Shown: piece after piece, positions 12,903-26,197 of the stretch
Position numbering within the stretch: the first letter of the stretch is position 1
How the letters are laid out: the number at the start of each line of letters is the position of its first letter
Assembly (NCBI GenBank): GCA_010015585.1
Contig: ML975154.1
Source of the DNA: Eremomyces bilateralis CBS 781.70
Lineage: Eukaryota
Reading direction: 5' to 3' (one strand)
Length of the DNA stretch: 64,000 bases
Translations under genes and position numbers: made by a program
Notes under the pieces: model-generated
The model's database searches: none
The model's input: only the letters and a program-made list of their open reading frames with translations
Told to the model about the DNA's origin: nothing

Positions 12903-14640
12903 ATGCTTACTACTTCCGTTCCGCCCCCGCCTTTCTCCCGTCTTCCGCCCCTTCCCACCTTCCCCCCTTCCATCTCTCCTGAACCCCTCACCCCTACTTT
13001 AGCGGCACAGAAGCAAGTCGCGGAACTCTGCTTGTCCCAGCATGAAATCGCCGCACGCGCCGAACCGCATCGGACCTTTCCGTTTGACCGCGTCGCGCAC
13101 GCGGAGTTCCTCGCCGGCGCGCTCGAGAAGTATCCCTGGCAGTTCCAGGTCCAGGATGCCAGTCGTCCCTGGTTGGTATACTGGGCCGTTGCGGGACTGA
13201 GCGCTTTGGGAGAGGAGCTTGAAGATGTGGAGGACTGGCGGGACGGGTGAGTGTATTTCATACTACTTATCCGCATAATTGATTCAGTATCTGTTATTTT
13301 CTCAATTTATCCCGTTGCGTGGTCTAGATCAGGCACAAGACCAACTAGTGCTGTAGGCTCGTTGCCACTTTCAAGCCCTGCCAAAACCTGGATGGTGGGT
13401 TCGGCGGTGGATATGGCCAGCTGTCGCATCTTGCAACCTCGTATGCTGCGGTGCTGTCCTTGATTGCATCGGAAAAGGAGGAGTGCTATCGAATGATCGA
13501 TACGAGAGCTATGTGCGTGAACCCTTTCATGATCCCGACGGACAGATCTTTTTGATTTGCCTGGTTACTGATAAATAATTGAACAGGTGGCATTATCTCG
13601 GCCGTATGAAGCAGCCCCATGGTCCGTTTACCATGTGTGCTGGCGGCGAGGTTGATGTGAGGGGAGCATTCTGCGCGTTGGTCATTATCTCCCTACTAGG
13701 CCTACCTCTGGAGCTGCCACAAGATGCTCCAGCACGGAAGAGCGGGTGTGACAACTTCCTAACAAACCTAGGGGAATGGATTGGGAAATGTGCGTGCCGA
13801 TGACTCAATTCGATTCCGCTACTGACTTTGCTGCCTTAGGTCAAACATACGAGGGAGGCTTAGGATCCTCTCCTGGAAACGAAGCACATGGTGCCTACAC
13901 GTTTTGTGGCCTTGGAAGCCTGTGTATCATGGGGACGCCCAGTAAGACAGTGAAGAAGTGAATATTTCTACCGCACGATAACGCCGTTGCTCCATACGGT
14001 GTACGAACATTTCTAACCTAGATCAGATTCCTCGACGTTGACCTCATCACCAAATGGCTATCGGCCCGGCAATACGCCCCCGAAGGTGGCATGGCTGGCC
14101 GCACCAACAAGTTGGTTGACGGTTGCTACAGCCACTGGATCGGTGGGTGCTGGCCGCTTATGGACGCGGCCATGCAAGATGAGTCCCCAAACTCGTCAAA
14201 ACGGGACTACTGGAGTCGCGAGGGACTGCTCCGGTATATCTTCAACTGTTGCCAAGAGGACGGCGGCGGCTTAAGGGATAAGCCGGGAAAGTAAGTGGAT
14301 CGCCATATTTGCGAGATGCCTCGCGATGATACGTGCATATCGGAATATCGATTTGCTAATGGTCGACCTGAGCAGGCGTGCGGATGCATATCACACGAAT
14401 TACAACATTGCGGGACTATCGTGGGTGCAAAACAAGTATTCGTTCAGTGAACCGAAGGATGGAGAGGGTGTAGCATCAGGACTGGCTCCGGCACACGGTT
14501 GGGATTACAAGCCGGTGGTGGATATTCCTGGGCTACCTGATGGTCGTGTGAATCCTCATCACCCGGTCTATGTTATCCCGTGGACTGCAGCGGCGAAGGC
14601 ACAGGCTTGGTTTGGAGCCAATCGAGCGATGGCTAGATGA
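12903..14640 (+). CDS. RAM1: Protein farnesyltransferase beta subunit (multi-exon; an upstream in-frame ATG exists at 12774)
   Basis: DASRPWLVYW, GGFGGGYGQLSHLATSYAA, GGEVDVRGAFCA, QTYEGG..NEAHGAYTFCGL, GRTNKLVDGCYSHWIG, GGLRDKPGK, DAYHTNY across GT-AG introns. Confidence 0.93.
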
Positions 14641-14803
14641 GTGATGTCTCAATCTGATGTCGATTAGAAGCAAGTTTAGAAGCATCTTGGTAGAGTTGGA
14701 AGTGGTTGGCGCTATGTGGTGGACATCAAAGGCATGGACCAGATGCATATCCAACATCCTCTGCATTGTTTGATCCCCGTCCTGCTCCAGTGACCCAAAT
14801 TAA

Positions 14804-15193
14804 TTACTGCCCTCCTACACTCTTCTCCACGTCCAGGTACACCGTCATCGGTGGTGGTGCAACCAGTGGAATCAACACCGCTTTCAGGGCTGCGTGTGCC
14901 TCACATTGAGTGTCATAGTACTGCATATCTTCGAGGCTAGCGAATGATGTGTACGCGCAGAAGTTGTAGCCCATGGATCGAGGGTCGTCGTGAGTCGGTC
15001 CGGCTTGAATTGCGAGGATGTAAGGCTTTCCGTCCTGTTCGTAGTGTGAGAGTTGAGAAGCTGGACAAGGCAATGGGGGAAACTGCACCTTCAAGGCTTT
15101 GGTCTTCACGTCCTTGTACTGGTCCAATATCGTCGGAATATCGTCCTGGTTCTTCACTTTGAAGAGCGTGATTCGCTTGACCGGCCCGCCCAT
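14804..15193 (-). CDS. Stress-responsive alpha/beta barrel (Dabb) domain protein
   Basis: VKRITLFK..ALKDGKPYIL..DPRSMGYNF..FASLEDMQYYDTQCEAHAALK; in-frame intron 15088-15035. Confidence 0.88.
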   Translation of the reverse strand: MGGPVKRITLFKVKNQDDIPTILDQYKDVKTKALKVQFPPLPCPASQLSHYEQDGKPYILAIQAGPTHDDPRSMGYNFCAYTSFASLEDMQYYDTQCEAHAALKAVLIPLVAPPPMTVYLDVEKSVGGQ

Positions 15194-17965
15194 GATTGCT
15201 AGTATTGGACTTGGGATTGGAGATGGTTCTTACTAGAGCTATGAGTAGGTTCAATTGTAAGTATGCGTTTGTCAGGCTCCTGAATTGAAGTCCTTGGATA
15301 AGATTATACACGGTCGATCCCAGCTACGGCACCCCACCGCCGTCGTGCTTGAGTTGCCATTTGCTGGAGACGGATCCCCCGCCAATCCGAACTTTTCGAA
15401 AGTGGTCGTACTGTCACAGCAGCTGGACACATGGCATTAATTGGCACGGGAATACTTGTTCCAGCTTTCCACGGTGTCACGATGCCAATATACCCTCTGG
15501 GTAGACTTGCTGAGGGCGATGAGACAAAAATCAAAATCCATTCATCGTGGACGAGACAAGAAGCAGAGGGCCCTCCTCCTCATTGGCTGCGATGTTCAGC
15601 TTTATCATTGGTCCTTTGCTTCAACGTTCAAGCCGACATGTCGACTTCAAGATCTCAGGGCAAGACGCTGGTCCCGGACAGGCGTCCAGCATCAACAGTG
15701 TGCATCAGTTTTGTGGACCATGCTATACATTATTGCAGGTGCAGTATTAATTCGCTTCCTTCAGAGACATCAACTCTGTTAGTCTTCGGCCTTTAATGCA
15801 CCCAACTCGCCGAGGCATTCAGTAGTATTCTGGTGTAGGGCTTCCTCCCCCCCTTTAACTGTTGCCTAAGGTCTCTATGCAAGAGCAGGCATGATCGATA
15901 TTGACCCTCGTTCAGAGTTAGAGGTCACTAAATTCCAAAACTGATGAGGAGTATTTAATTCAGAAGGATTGCGGTGTGCATCAAGTCACGATTGTGCAGT
16001 TGTGTGTCCATTGTGTGTCGTTGGCGAAGTCGAAATCTGAATCATATTGATAGAGCGGGGAGTGCCAAGCTGACTCGTGTCGATTCCACACCTTCAACCA
16101 GACTCAGGAGGCGTTCCATTATCGTAGTATTATCTCATCAACTTATCCGATCCAGAGGGAACCGTCCGTTTAAATCAAGAACCACTGTTGCCTGATATGG
16201 AGCGAGGAAGGCCTTGCAGCATTGCATCACCCGCATCTAGCGACGACGGAATATGTCGGTGGAGCGTGGACTCTGCCAGCGATTTGACCGGAGGGCGGCA
16301 CGTTTCGCCATCAATGTCCAACGTCGATGCTTGGGTCGGTTGTGGCCTGTGAGACCATGAAAAGCCATGAGCCCATGACGGAAGCCGTTAGCGAAACAAT
16401 ATGGCTGTTTACTTGTTTATCCGTTCGAGTGTTGGACGAAGTCACGGAGGCGTCGTCTACCGTATACGTACCGTAGTAGCCCCATTCTCGCTCCTGGACT
16501 GGCGCATCAACTCTCCTCCCTGCACGTTCAGAACTGACAACTCACCATGCATCAAGCATGGACCGGGCAGTTGCTTGCGAGGGCGGGGCAAATCCATCAA
16601 TCTAATGCCGAACAATACTGATTCCACCGCTGCATTGGCTAATACTAGGATGAGATACGGCTAATGTTGGTCATCCGTGGTGAAACCAAACGCCCGCGCC
16701 TTTGAGCTTTGCATCCGCGATCGCTGTCCTATCCCGGATGATGTCCCTGCACGCAAAATTGAGTGGAAGGGGATCTTCGAGCTTCATATGTCCTGTCTTC
16801 CGAAAACGTTTCAGCTGCTCTCAGCTACCGGTCTGCACCATTCGATTTAAGCGTTTGGCAAATTGAATACATTAGGAAGCGGCACACATATGGATGTCGG
16901 GCTGGTCTTCCTGAATTACCTCGCCGGTATTGTTCAACAACCGCGATCGCCGCCCCTCAAAATGTCTCCCGCACTGGATCGCTGTGTATCCGGCCTTCTC
17001 TTGTCCTCGGCTCTAGAGGAAGTTCCTGGCTCCAGAATATTGCTTGTGGCATCGCGGGGCTATTATTGCAGTTGCAGTACGACGCTGCTTAACCCGGTCA
17101 ATGCTATATCTGTACACGCGTGACAGACCAATGCTCCACCATGCCATCTTGCAATTCTGGGTTTTGTTTTCATGCAGCGTCCCTTCAATCCAAGCTCCCG
17201 TTTCCTATCTGTTACAGTTGAACATTTCCAAGTCTCACAATCAACGTTTCTCAGACCGATCTTACGATCCTGACACCCCCAGTTGTCTCTCTATCTACCA
17301 ATGGCATCGCATCGGACTCGGAAATGGCATATGCGCCACCACTCGTGCTTTGTACTTGGCACCGACCATCCAGATCTGCAGGCGGGCGTTGTTCCTGTGG
17401 GTCCTGACCAGGAGTTGCTCGTCTGGGAACGATTCGACCACTGGTCGAAATGCACGCCAACACATCACACGTCTGGGTCCTTGTCTAAGAGCCTCAGAGA
17501 TGCGGGCAGGGCTAACCTCATGCTAACGGCCAATGCCTTGTGTGTCCGCTTCTCTATAGGCCTCGAACCGCCAACGGGCCCTTTTGGCCGACCGTTGCAG
17601 GATGATGCTGTTGGAGGGGTAGTCATAAAGACACCCTTGGATGCTGTTGGTCGAGATGGAGCAGCATCTTCAAGTTTTCGATTCCTTAGACGGACCAACA
17701 TTTCAACGATTCATCCTTCCCTTCGTCCATTGCCTAGCCAATTGCATTTTTTTCCCTGTGGTGTGACTTGGATCTGACTCTCTAAACATCACCCAACTAA
17801 TTGTTCTCGTCTATCGCGCACTGGAGGTAGCACAGCAGCCGCCACCAGAATTTTATATTCTCCCACACCGACGCCACAGGAAGAGCCCAAGCGAGGCATT
17901 GAGTGCCAGGGTTGCACTTGAACACCTCTACTTCTCCAAATCCTATCGAACACGCAGATATCGTG

Positions 17966-18641
17966 ATGTTCTATATCATGTACCTCAGTGGTAGGTCAAT
18001 TGTTCCGTTTTCGTTAACTCGTGGCATTAAGGGACTGGCCTTAGTCCTCTCGATTCAAAATCTGAACCAACAGTGACCATCCCACTACGATTGGGAGGCT
18101 CGGTTGGCACCATTATCTCATCAGAAGCGATCCTTCTTTGCAAATCTCCGTTGCTAACGTTCTCTAAGGGCTATGCCAGCGAAGACGATGGGTCGACCCT
18201 CAATATGAAACTTACCGCACCCGACGGGGCTGGATGTGCACCGTCAGAGTCAACAACCGTGAGTACTCGGCCGACCGCGAATATGCCTCCGAAGAAATGG
18301 CACGGAATGCCGCGGCCACCCACGCCTACCTGATCTGCCGCAATTTCTCCATGAACGACGGCATGTATCCTGGCGACAAGCACAGCCAAGGTGGCGTGAT
18401 CCAAGGCCTTCCCGTCGCCATCGGCACCGGTCGACGGAGGACGTACTCCACCCAGGAAGAAGACCAGTCGTCGAATTCGTATGCCAGCGGTGGCAGCAGC
18501 CCGCTAAGCAGTGGGAGCGGACTCGACGCCGAGTCGAGGAGGTCTAGCAAGTCGTCACAGTCGCTATGCTATTGTGGGCGGGGCATGGTGCAGTACTACG
18601 AGAGATGCAGCACGTGCTTAAGGGAGTGCGGTTGTCGTTGA
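17966..18641 (+). CDS. Small protein with dsRBD/DRBM-like N-terminal domain and Cys-rich C-terminal tail
   Basis: Exon 1 17966-17990 (MFYIMYLS) joined over intron 17991-18168 gives GLCQRRRWVDPQYETYRTRRGWMCTVRVNNREY..SEEMARNAAATHAY, matching the dsRBD alpha-beta-beta-beta-alpha pattern. Confidence 0.75.
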
Positions 18642-20774
18642 GATGCCCTCCCAAAAAAGATTGGAACATTTCCCCGATTTGATTGTCATGCATGCAGGCC
18701 GGCTTTCTGACGCGAGCATACCATACCATACCATACCTACCCAGGGGCTGACGGCCCATATATTTAAATCCTTCGGCTGGTTTGAATCATTTACCAGCGG
18801 ATCTCAGAAACGATTAAAAACGACTTGCAAAAGACCAAATGACGACTGAACGAACTTACGACCCTCGGATGATGCATATTTACGATTTCTCTGGTTTGGT
18901 CATCTTGGCTCTGGAACGGATCTCTCAATGCAGCATACTTACTTATGAGTCACGAACACGTTGATGATCTCACAAAACACCGTACTTCAAGACATGGTTG
19001 GCATCTGCGCTTAGCATTTACTTTCAATGGGGATAGGCATTTTTGTCTTTATTTCTCTGAACGATTTCACGCAGACTTTGCGTAGCGGCGTCATTGCCCA
19101 CTATTTCCGTGCCCAGCATGATCCATTGGATGCTCCTTTACGACATTTTGCAGTGGACTTATTCTCCTCATTGCTCCTTTCAAGGCTCCTTCTCAGCTCG
19201 ATCACCAGCACGTCGTTGATGTTCTGCAACGGCTCTCTCCCCTTCTTCGATGGATTCCTTGGAAATGACCTGAATTTCCCGATTCCGTAAGGTGTCAAAC
19301 GTTGGCCTAGTTAGGTTGCGAGAGCTGCATACGTTGAGCATTACTCTCATGGACTTGGCGCCCTGTTCGGGTTTAAGATGTGGGCTGCTTGACATGATGT
19401 GCGCGGCACGACGGCTTTTGATCAAAGAATGTCATTCGACGGCGGAAGGACGGGGACATCGAGCATTGCCGCTGATTGCGCATGAACGCTCTAGGAAAGG
19501 TCATATAGTCCTGGCTCGTCAGATGCCCGAAGGATATTTGAGATAGCAATCAAGGATACATTCTCCACCTCAAATCCTACCATCTCTACCGCTTAACTCC
19601 ATTGCTAAACGTAACACGGCATTGCCAGTGCATTGTAACAGTCCCTAGACCCACCGGTCAAGGCTATAGCAAGGCTGTTATTGGCCTTGTCCCTTCATCC
19701 CCTCCCATGCTGTTCAACCACGGAAATCTGTCCTACAACGCCTAACAGCACGACCTTTGGTCATTGTGTGAGTTCAATACCTACTTCGGAGTGTCGGGTG
19801 ACGAAGGAGCGTGGCATGCTTGGATAGGGTATGGACAGACACAGAACGTGCTGAAACCTAGCCGGGAACCCGCGAATTGCAAAACCCAACATCCTGTTTT
19901 GTTCCCTATGTGCGTACACAATGAGGTACATATATACAGGCAGCCGGTATTGAACTAGAGTATCCTTTCATTAATAAGGCACATAAGGATAATGGATCTG
20001 TAATCGATTGGGTGCCATACCTCTGGCTCATCATGGTTTACCACAAAGATTCCAACCGGGGGGTTTCCCAGCGTACTTAGCTTACATTTGTGTATGATTA
20101 GGATATCACGCTCAAAGTCACACGATGCACTGTACTTCATGAAGATTTTGATCGATGATCGGTCTACCTGACTGCCCTCTGCCGTCTGCCGTCGAGCGGC
20201 ATGTATTCTCACAATGCAATGATCTACCCCGACTCCGCGCATATGCGGACATCCGTTCCGCTTCATCCGCCATCATCGCTTCATGTCTCCGTCGCAGCGT
20301 CGCATTTTTTTGGGGGGAGCACCGTGAATTACACACACCACCCGTTCCATCCGTTCACCATCATCATCGGAGGGCTGCTGATCAAGCAATGCCACTCCGC
20401 CGCAAAGCACAAGGGGAAAACGCAGACGATGCCACCGAACTCCGTGTCGTTCAAATGCCACATCGGGTCCGGAAGGGAGAGATACGATGCGATCCCTCCT
20501 TGCATAACTGTATCATAATGCCCATCCCAACTGTAGGTGACCGGTAATTGAAAATCAAATCATGCCCCGATTCGCCATCCCTAAAACATGTATGAAAACG
20601 AGCCCCTCGCGGGACTCAAAGCGAAAGACGAAGGCCACGGTATCCGAATAGTGCCGTGCGAATGAGAAGTGAATCGAATCGAAGCGTGAAGTGCGGAGAA
20701 GCAACTCCACGGAAATACAAGGGGGGAGGAAATGAAAAAAGAAAGACGCAAATGCGCACGGGCTATACAGCACT

Positions 20775-23700
20775 CTACTTCTGACAATACAGCTCAATCT
20801 CCCCCATATGGCCCAGTGTAATCTCGCCGCGCTGCTCCCTCCATGTCTCAAACGCCATCTGCACGTCCTCATCCGACTGGATGCTCACGAAGTCATCCTC
20901 GTCCAAATACTTCAGCTTCAGCTGCTCGGAACTGAGGCTCAGGCTCGTGCTCCGCTGCAGCTTCGCGTCGATCCGGTCTTTCAGCGATTGGTAGCTGATG
21001 TTCGTCGAAACGACCAACGTCATCGATGACCCGGCAGATGGGCAGTGCACCTTGACTTTGAGCTGGGTCGGTGGCGATGGGAGTTCGTCGCGCGGCGCGG
21101 AGGTTGGGGGGGGAGCGGGAGCGGGGTGTGAGCGGGGGTCGAAGGCGCCTGGGGGTGGGCCGCGGGACTGGTCCATGGAGGTGACGCTGCGAGGGAGAGG
21201 AGGTGCACGGGCACTAGGGTAATCCGAAAGATATTGCTCGGGAACTCGTTGGTGCATGAGACGATCCCGTTGCACGGTTGGTGATTGGGTCGCTGCTCGG
21301 GTTGGGACATGGATGCCGTTCATCGTGCCCGGGGATGCGGTCTGGCTCCGGTTCATGGGAGGTTGGTTGTAGGCATAGTGAGTCGGGAATGGCGGAACAG
21401 GGACATCTGGAACAGGCGGATGGGAACCGCCATCAGCACGGCGATGCTGTGGCATCCCATTGGCGGCAATGTCAGGGCTGCTTGCGGACCGCAGTCGGTT
21501 TTGTGTCAACAGGGCAGATGTAGAGTTCGGACCTGCTGGAAGAGACGGGCGCTGCGTGGATCGCTGCGTCGCGATTTGCTCTCGTGATGTGCTCCGTCCC
21601 ATCGCTGGGGCGGTATAGCGAGCGTTATCATCCGGCTGCCATCCGTTCTGCATCGATCCCTGACGGAAGTGGGGGAACATGCCCGATGATGAACTCGTCC
21701 TTGTGGAGATGGGTGACTCTGCTGTTGGTGAAAAGTAGGAATCCATTGCCCTTTCGCCAGGAGATGGATAGCTCGGGTTCTGAAAGTGTTGTGTCCGCAG
21801 CTGCAGAGGCGGTAGTTGGTTGTTGGGAAGCATCGGGAATCGTGGCGGTGGATGGACGGGGAGAGCCCTGGACATTGGAGGACCACTGTCTCCTGTCGCT
21901 GATCTTGAGCGAAGGCTAGTTTCGGAGTCGCTCCGTTGAATCTGATAGTCGCTCCGTCCAGGGAAAGTCTCAACCAAGGTCTCAACGTCGTCATCGTCGT
22001 CGTCGTCCTCTTTGTAGGGATTTTCGAGCATGTCGATGTTGTTGTCTTTGAGGTAAGTGAACTCTGTCGCCGATGCGCTCGGATTTTTCGCGTTATTGCT
22101 AGTCCTCACAAGGTCGAGGCATGCTCGTCGTTGCTGATCGACTTGGGATGCCCATCTTTTCATGACCTCCTCGGCGTTGAACTTGACGATAAAGTTTTCG
22201 ATGCCTGGATCTCCTTTCCAGAAGATTTGGCAAGTGTATGACCCTTGATTCCGGTTAGCTTCTGAGCACTCCACGGGCTAATGGCGGAATCATCATACCC
22301 GGCTTACTGACAGACACAGTCTCTGTAACATTCTGCATAAAAATACGTCCTTTGAGCTGCAGTCTCGGCTTTCCGTCTTTACCGGCCGGAGTAGCTTTGG
22401 TCGTGAAATTCTTCCTCGGCTTATTTAACTTCTCTTCCTTGCAGCAAAGTAGAATAGATTCAAAGAGAAAAATCTTGTACTGTAGGTCAACCATAATTAG
22501 CATACACTGCACAGCGAGGAGTTAGAGCAAAACGCACCTCTCGCTCGGGATCTTTCGTGTTCACACTGTCGCCTTTCAGAACGGTGAAGGTGCCATGTAG
22601 GAGCAACTCTCCGAATCCCTCCAGACGATGCCCTTTCCAGTCTTCAACGCGGCCCCTGAGTTCTTCGACGGCTTCTTTGCGCTCCTCACGGTCGACAGCT
22701 GTATTGGTAGCCTGTAGCACTTGCAAAGCGGCTTCTAGGCCTTGCCTGAGGTTATCCGTACGCTCTTCATCGTAGTCTCCCTTATCTCTGAGCTCCTGGT
22801 CGAAGTTAGAGCTAGTCAAACACAACGGATAGGGGTGCGCGTTACCTTCAGTAGGAGCGGGTATTTGGACAGCCGCTGGAAGGGTTTCAGGAGGAACGAT
22901 GAAAGAATACTGGGCGATTCCACCATTTGACGGATTTCTGCGGCGCCACCGGTTTCTCTCAGCTTCTCGAACTCACGGAAGGCTGTCTTTTCACATTTTT
23001 TCTGGTTGGCGATGTAAGTTTCGTAGACCTTGAAGGCGTCCTTGTACAGGACGAAAAGCCGACCCCAGTCCTGCTCCGCTTCTGGCTGAGAGTTGGTTTG
23101 TTCAACACGAATGAGGAAACGTCTTTGGAAGTCGAGGAGGGCGTTGAGGTTGAGGAAGATGTCGTGAATCGCATCTCCGGACACGATTCCTCGCTCTTCC
23201 ACGTTCTTTTTGAATTGTTGGAGGAGGTCGAGATGGTTGACATATGTTCGTTCGGTGTTGACCAATTCATGGATGATGTGCTGTCTGTGAGTCTTTTTGC
23301 CGCCTATGGCGGGATTCTCCTCTTGAGGGTTATCTTCTGGCATCAGGACCCCGGAATCAACCAGCAAGTCGAGGACTCGGTTGACGACTTTCGTGACCTT
23401 AAGTATACCTTGTCAGTACATTGTTTGCTGAGAATCGGCTGTGAAAGTACCTTGACGAATCCGGTGGTATCATCGGAATATAAATCCGTGATGATGAAGC
23501 ACTGATCCTGAGGAAACCGGAGTTCATTCACGCAAGCCTGCAAGAACTTAAACGTCGCCGCCTGGCTCCTCTTTCTTTCCGGCCAATTCATCATCTTCGT
23601 TTCGTCGATCACCAATGGTGAGTTGGGCTGTAGTGCATTATACAGAACCATCAATGGATAACCCCTCCGAAACACTCGCCACAGCAGAGTCACCGGATCC

Positions 23701-24113
23701 GTATCTTCATCAGCATCCCGCAATTCCTCCTCCAGAATGTCATCGAAGCCTGGAACGCGCTGCAACCGTTGGCGCAGGTTCAGACATATCTGGTAAAGTG
23801 ACGTCTCTTTCTCGGCTCTTTTGTTCAAGACATTGTCGCGTGCTTCCGGCGGGGCACCGTTGGAGGGAGTGGAAGTTGGGGTCGGGAGAGGAGGAGCGCC
23901 ATATAAGGTCGATTGCGATGTGCCTTGGGTGGAGTCGGACGCTCGCGAAAGGTGAGAGAAGGAGGAGAAGTGGGAGCTGGAATTGCTCTGGTGGCTTTGA
24001 TGCGCCTGGTTATGCATCACCGATGGCACGCCGGTCGAGTGATTTATGCGAGAGTGGACGGGCGGTGTCTGGTTGAAGTTGCGATGATAGCCGTTGCTCG
24101 AAGCCACCTCCAT
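20775..24113 (-). CDS. CDC24: Rho guanine nucleotide exchange factor Cdc24/Scd1 (CH, DH, PH, PB1 domains), multi-exon
   Basis: DPVTLLWRVFRRGYPL and DLYSDDTTGFVKV (CH); ELVNTERTYV, FLLKPFQRLSKYPLLL (DH); VEDWKGH, LQLKGRIFMQNVT (PH); C-terminal KLKYLDEDDFVSIQSDEDV (PB1). Confidence 0.96.
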
Positions 24114-26197
24114 CGCTGAACGGTCGGGCGTTCAGCAGATGTGGATGGATCAAAGACCGTAGCGACTGGCGTGGAAAAGTGGTGAATTTGGCGCGTGGTT
24201 TGGCGACGTGTTACGAGTAGATGGGTCAGATACCGACGGATATGGCCGTGGTCGAGATTAACGCGGGAGGCAAGGGAGGAGGTTCAACATGGATGCCGAG
24301 CCAGGAATTGCGAACAAAGGGCGAAGGGGTGATTGATGTTCGTTCGGTGGGACGGAAAATCGATGAATGAGATCGCGGCGATGCGAGCGATGGACATAGA
24401 AGCAGATCAGAAGGATCCGATCAGACTTCCATAGGTGATGGGATGGCAGGATGGTGGTCGGACGACGGACGGGGATACGCTAGGGGAAATTGATGGCGTG
24501 TGGAGGTTTCGGGGGGTCCCCTCCTTCACCAGCACTGTCCAGCGACCAGCACGCACCTCTGCTTGGACTGTTTCAGTGAGTAGAAAAGATACGTTTAGCG
24601 CCCGCAACGGCGAGTGGACAACGCCTAACGCCTAACCACCCTTGACTCTTGACTCTTGAGCGGCGTTGGGGCCTTCTAGGGGGCTGTGAGCTTGTGGACA
24701 CTGGGCAGCAATAATGGGCAAGTCGCAAGCGCAACAATCGAACCCCGAGCTAACTTGCCAAGGCGTGCTTGACTGCTTGTACTGTAAATGGACAAGGAAG
24801 GAAACACAGAAATACCAATTATGAGTTATGACTGATGGGACAAGAGAGATGATGGATAAAGATACTGCGAGGCGTGGAATTAGAGTGACTTCTGTATAAG
24901 TATCTGGTGAAAGTGGCTGCTGTTGCGAGATCAGATGGAAGTGACGCTTTTCCGCCTCTCCGTTCTTTCCTTCGCACAATCGCAAGGCGGCAAGGGTCCA
25001 ATCTGCCCTTTCCCTCCTGCCGAGTCCGAGGCTCTATGGCGGGGTTAGCACCATGGCTGACTAAAGAGGTTTGAGCAATCCCGCTAGCTGTTTGCGGACA
25101 GAACAGTGCCAACCGTAGTTGTTTATGGTCTCAAATTTGTTAGCGGTACTTTACTACCACGTGACAATACCATGGCAGAGCATCTGACATGCGTTTATGT
25201 GACATGGATTCAGGTCTTGCTGACACCTTGACGCCTTACCGTCTTCCAACCTCTCAAGGAGGCAACTTGCCTCTCCCAAAGTCCCAACCATGTACGGAGA
25301 ATCACTGCACAAATGCTTGTCTAGGTGTATTGATTATTATAGAATCGTAAGATTAATAGCGATAGTGGAGCGTCAAAGCCGAAACAACCTTGATCAAAAT
25401 AAACGGATTGAGTATTACCTGGGTGGCGATCTATCCCTGAGGTGGTTGGGTTGTACCCAGTAACCCAGTTTTGCCATGTACATACTCCGTACCGGTCCCC
25501 AGGTACTAGAACAGTATCTTGACATTTCGATACTAAAGTATAGTGAGGGATGACCTAGAAGGCCAGAACAGTAGCAAACCGGAAATCGCCTCAGGATCTT
25601 CATCGGAATAATGCTGCCGTGTGTGAACTTTTATTTAGCATATACCCGTTAGAATTCGGTGTATGAATGTAGCTTTCACGGAGGCGGATCTGAAATTAGA
25701 ATGCACAGGACGGAACCAAAGGAAAACAGCTCAGGCCAATCATAGATAATACCAAATTTGATGCCTAAGGCTACAAGGCTCCAACCGTGGCACTTGCTCA
25801 ACTGCATCCTCGGATTCCTCACCAATGGAAGTTGGAGCTGGTGATGCAAAGGCGCCAGAACGGCTAGTTTAGACCCCAACACGCGACAATTCGGTAGAGA
25901 CCTCCACTCCTAAGGCTTGACATAGCTTATCCTTATATGTTTTTACAACGTCCTTGACCGAGACCTTAACCAACCGGATCACTGGGGAACCCGCATGACT
26001 TCCCATTTGCCTGGTCTATCTCGTCTGTGAGACCGTGATCTGGTGGTGACAGAATCAACCCCTTCCCCAACCCTCGATGACTCGAAGGGAGCATATGACT
26101 TCTTGCCTCATGGTTCTTTTGTTGACAGCTCGGTGAGGCCCTTTCCACGTACCTGTGCGTGTTAGTCCCCGCCGAATACACTCCCTTGCGTTCGAAT

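Noticed and set aside
13246..13356. Possible [D1,2] stwintron in RAM1 intron 1 (G|GTGAGT..CAG|TATCT)
   Set aside because: The simple intron already gives the correct frame, the nested model would frameshift, and the inner intron has no good branch site.
19027..19546. Short ORFs and an intron-like GTATGC..CTAACTAG on the minus strand
   Set aside because: No coherent open spliced product or recognisable motif; at most an eroded fragment.
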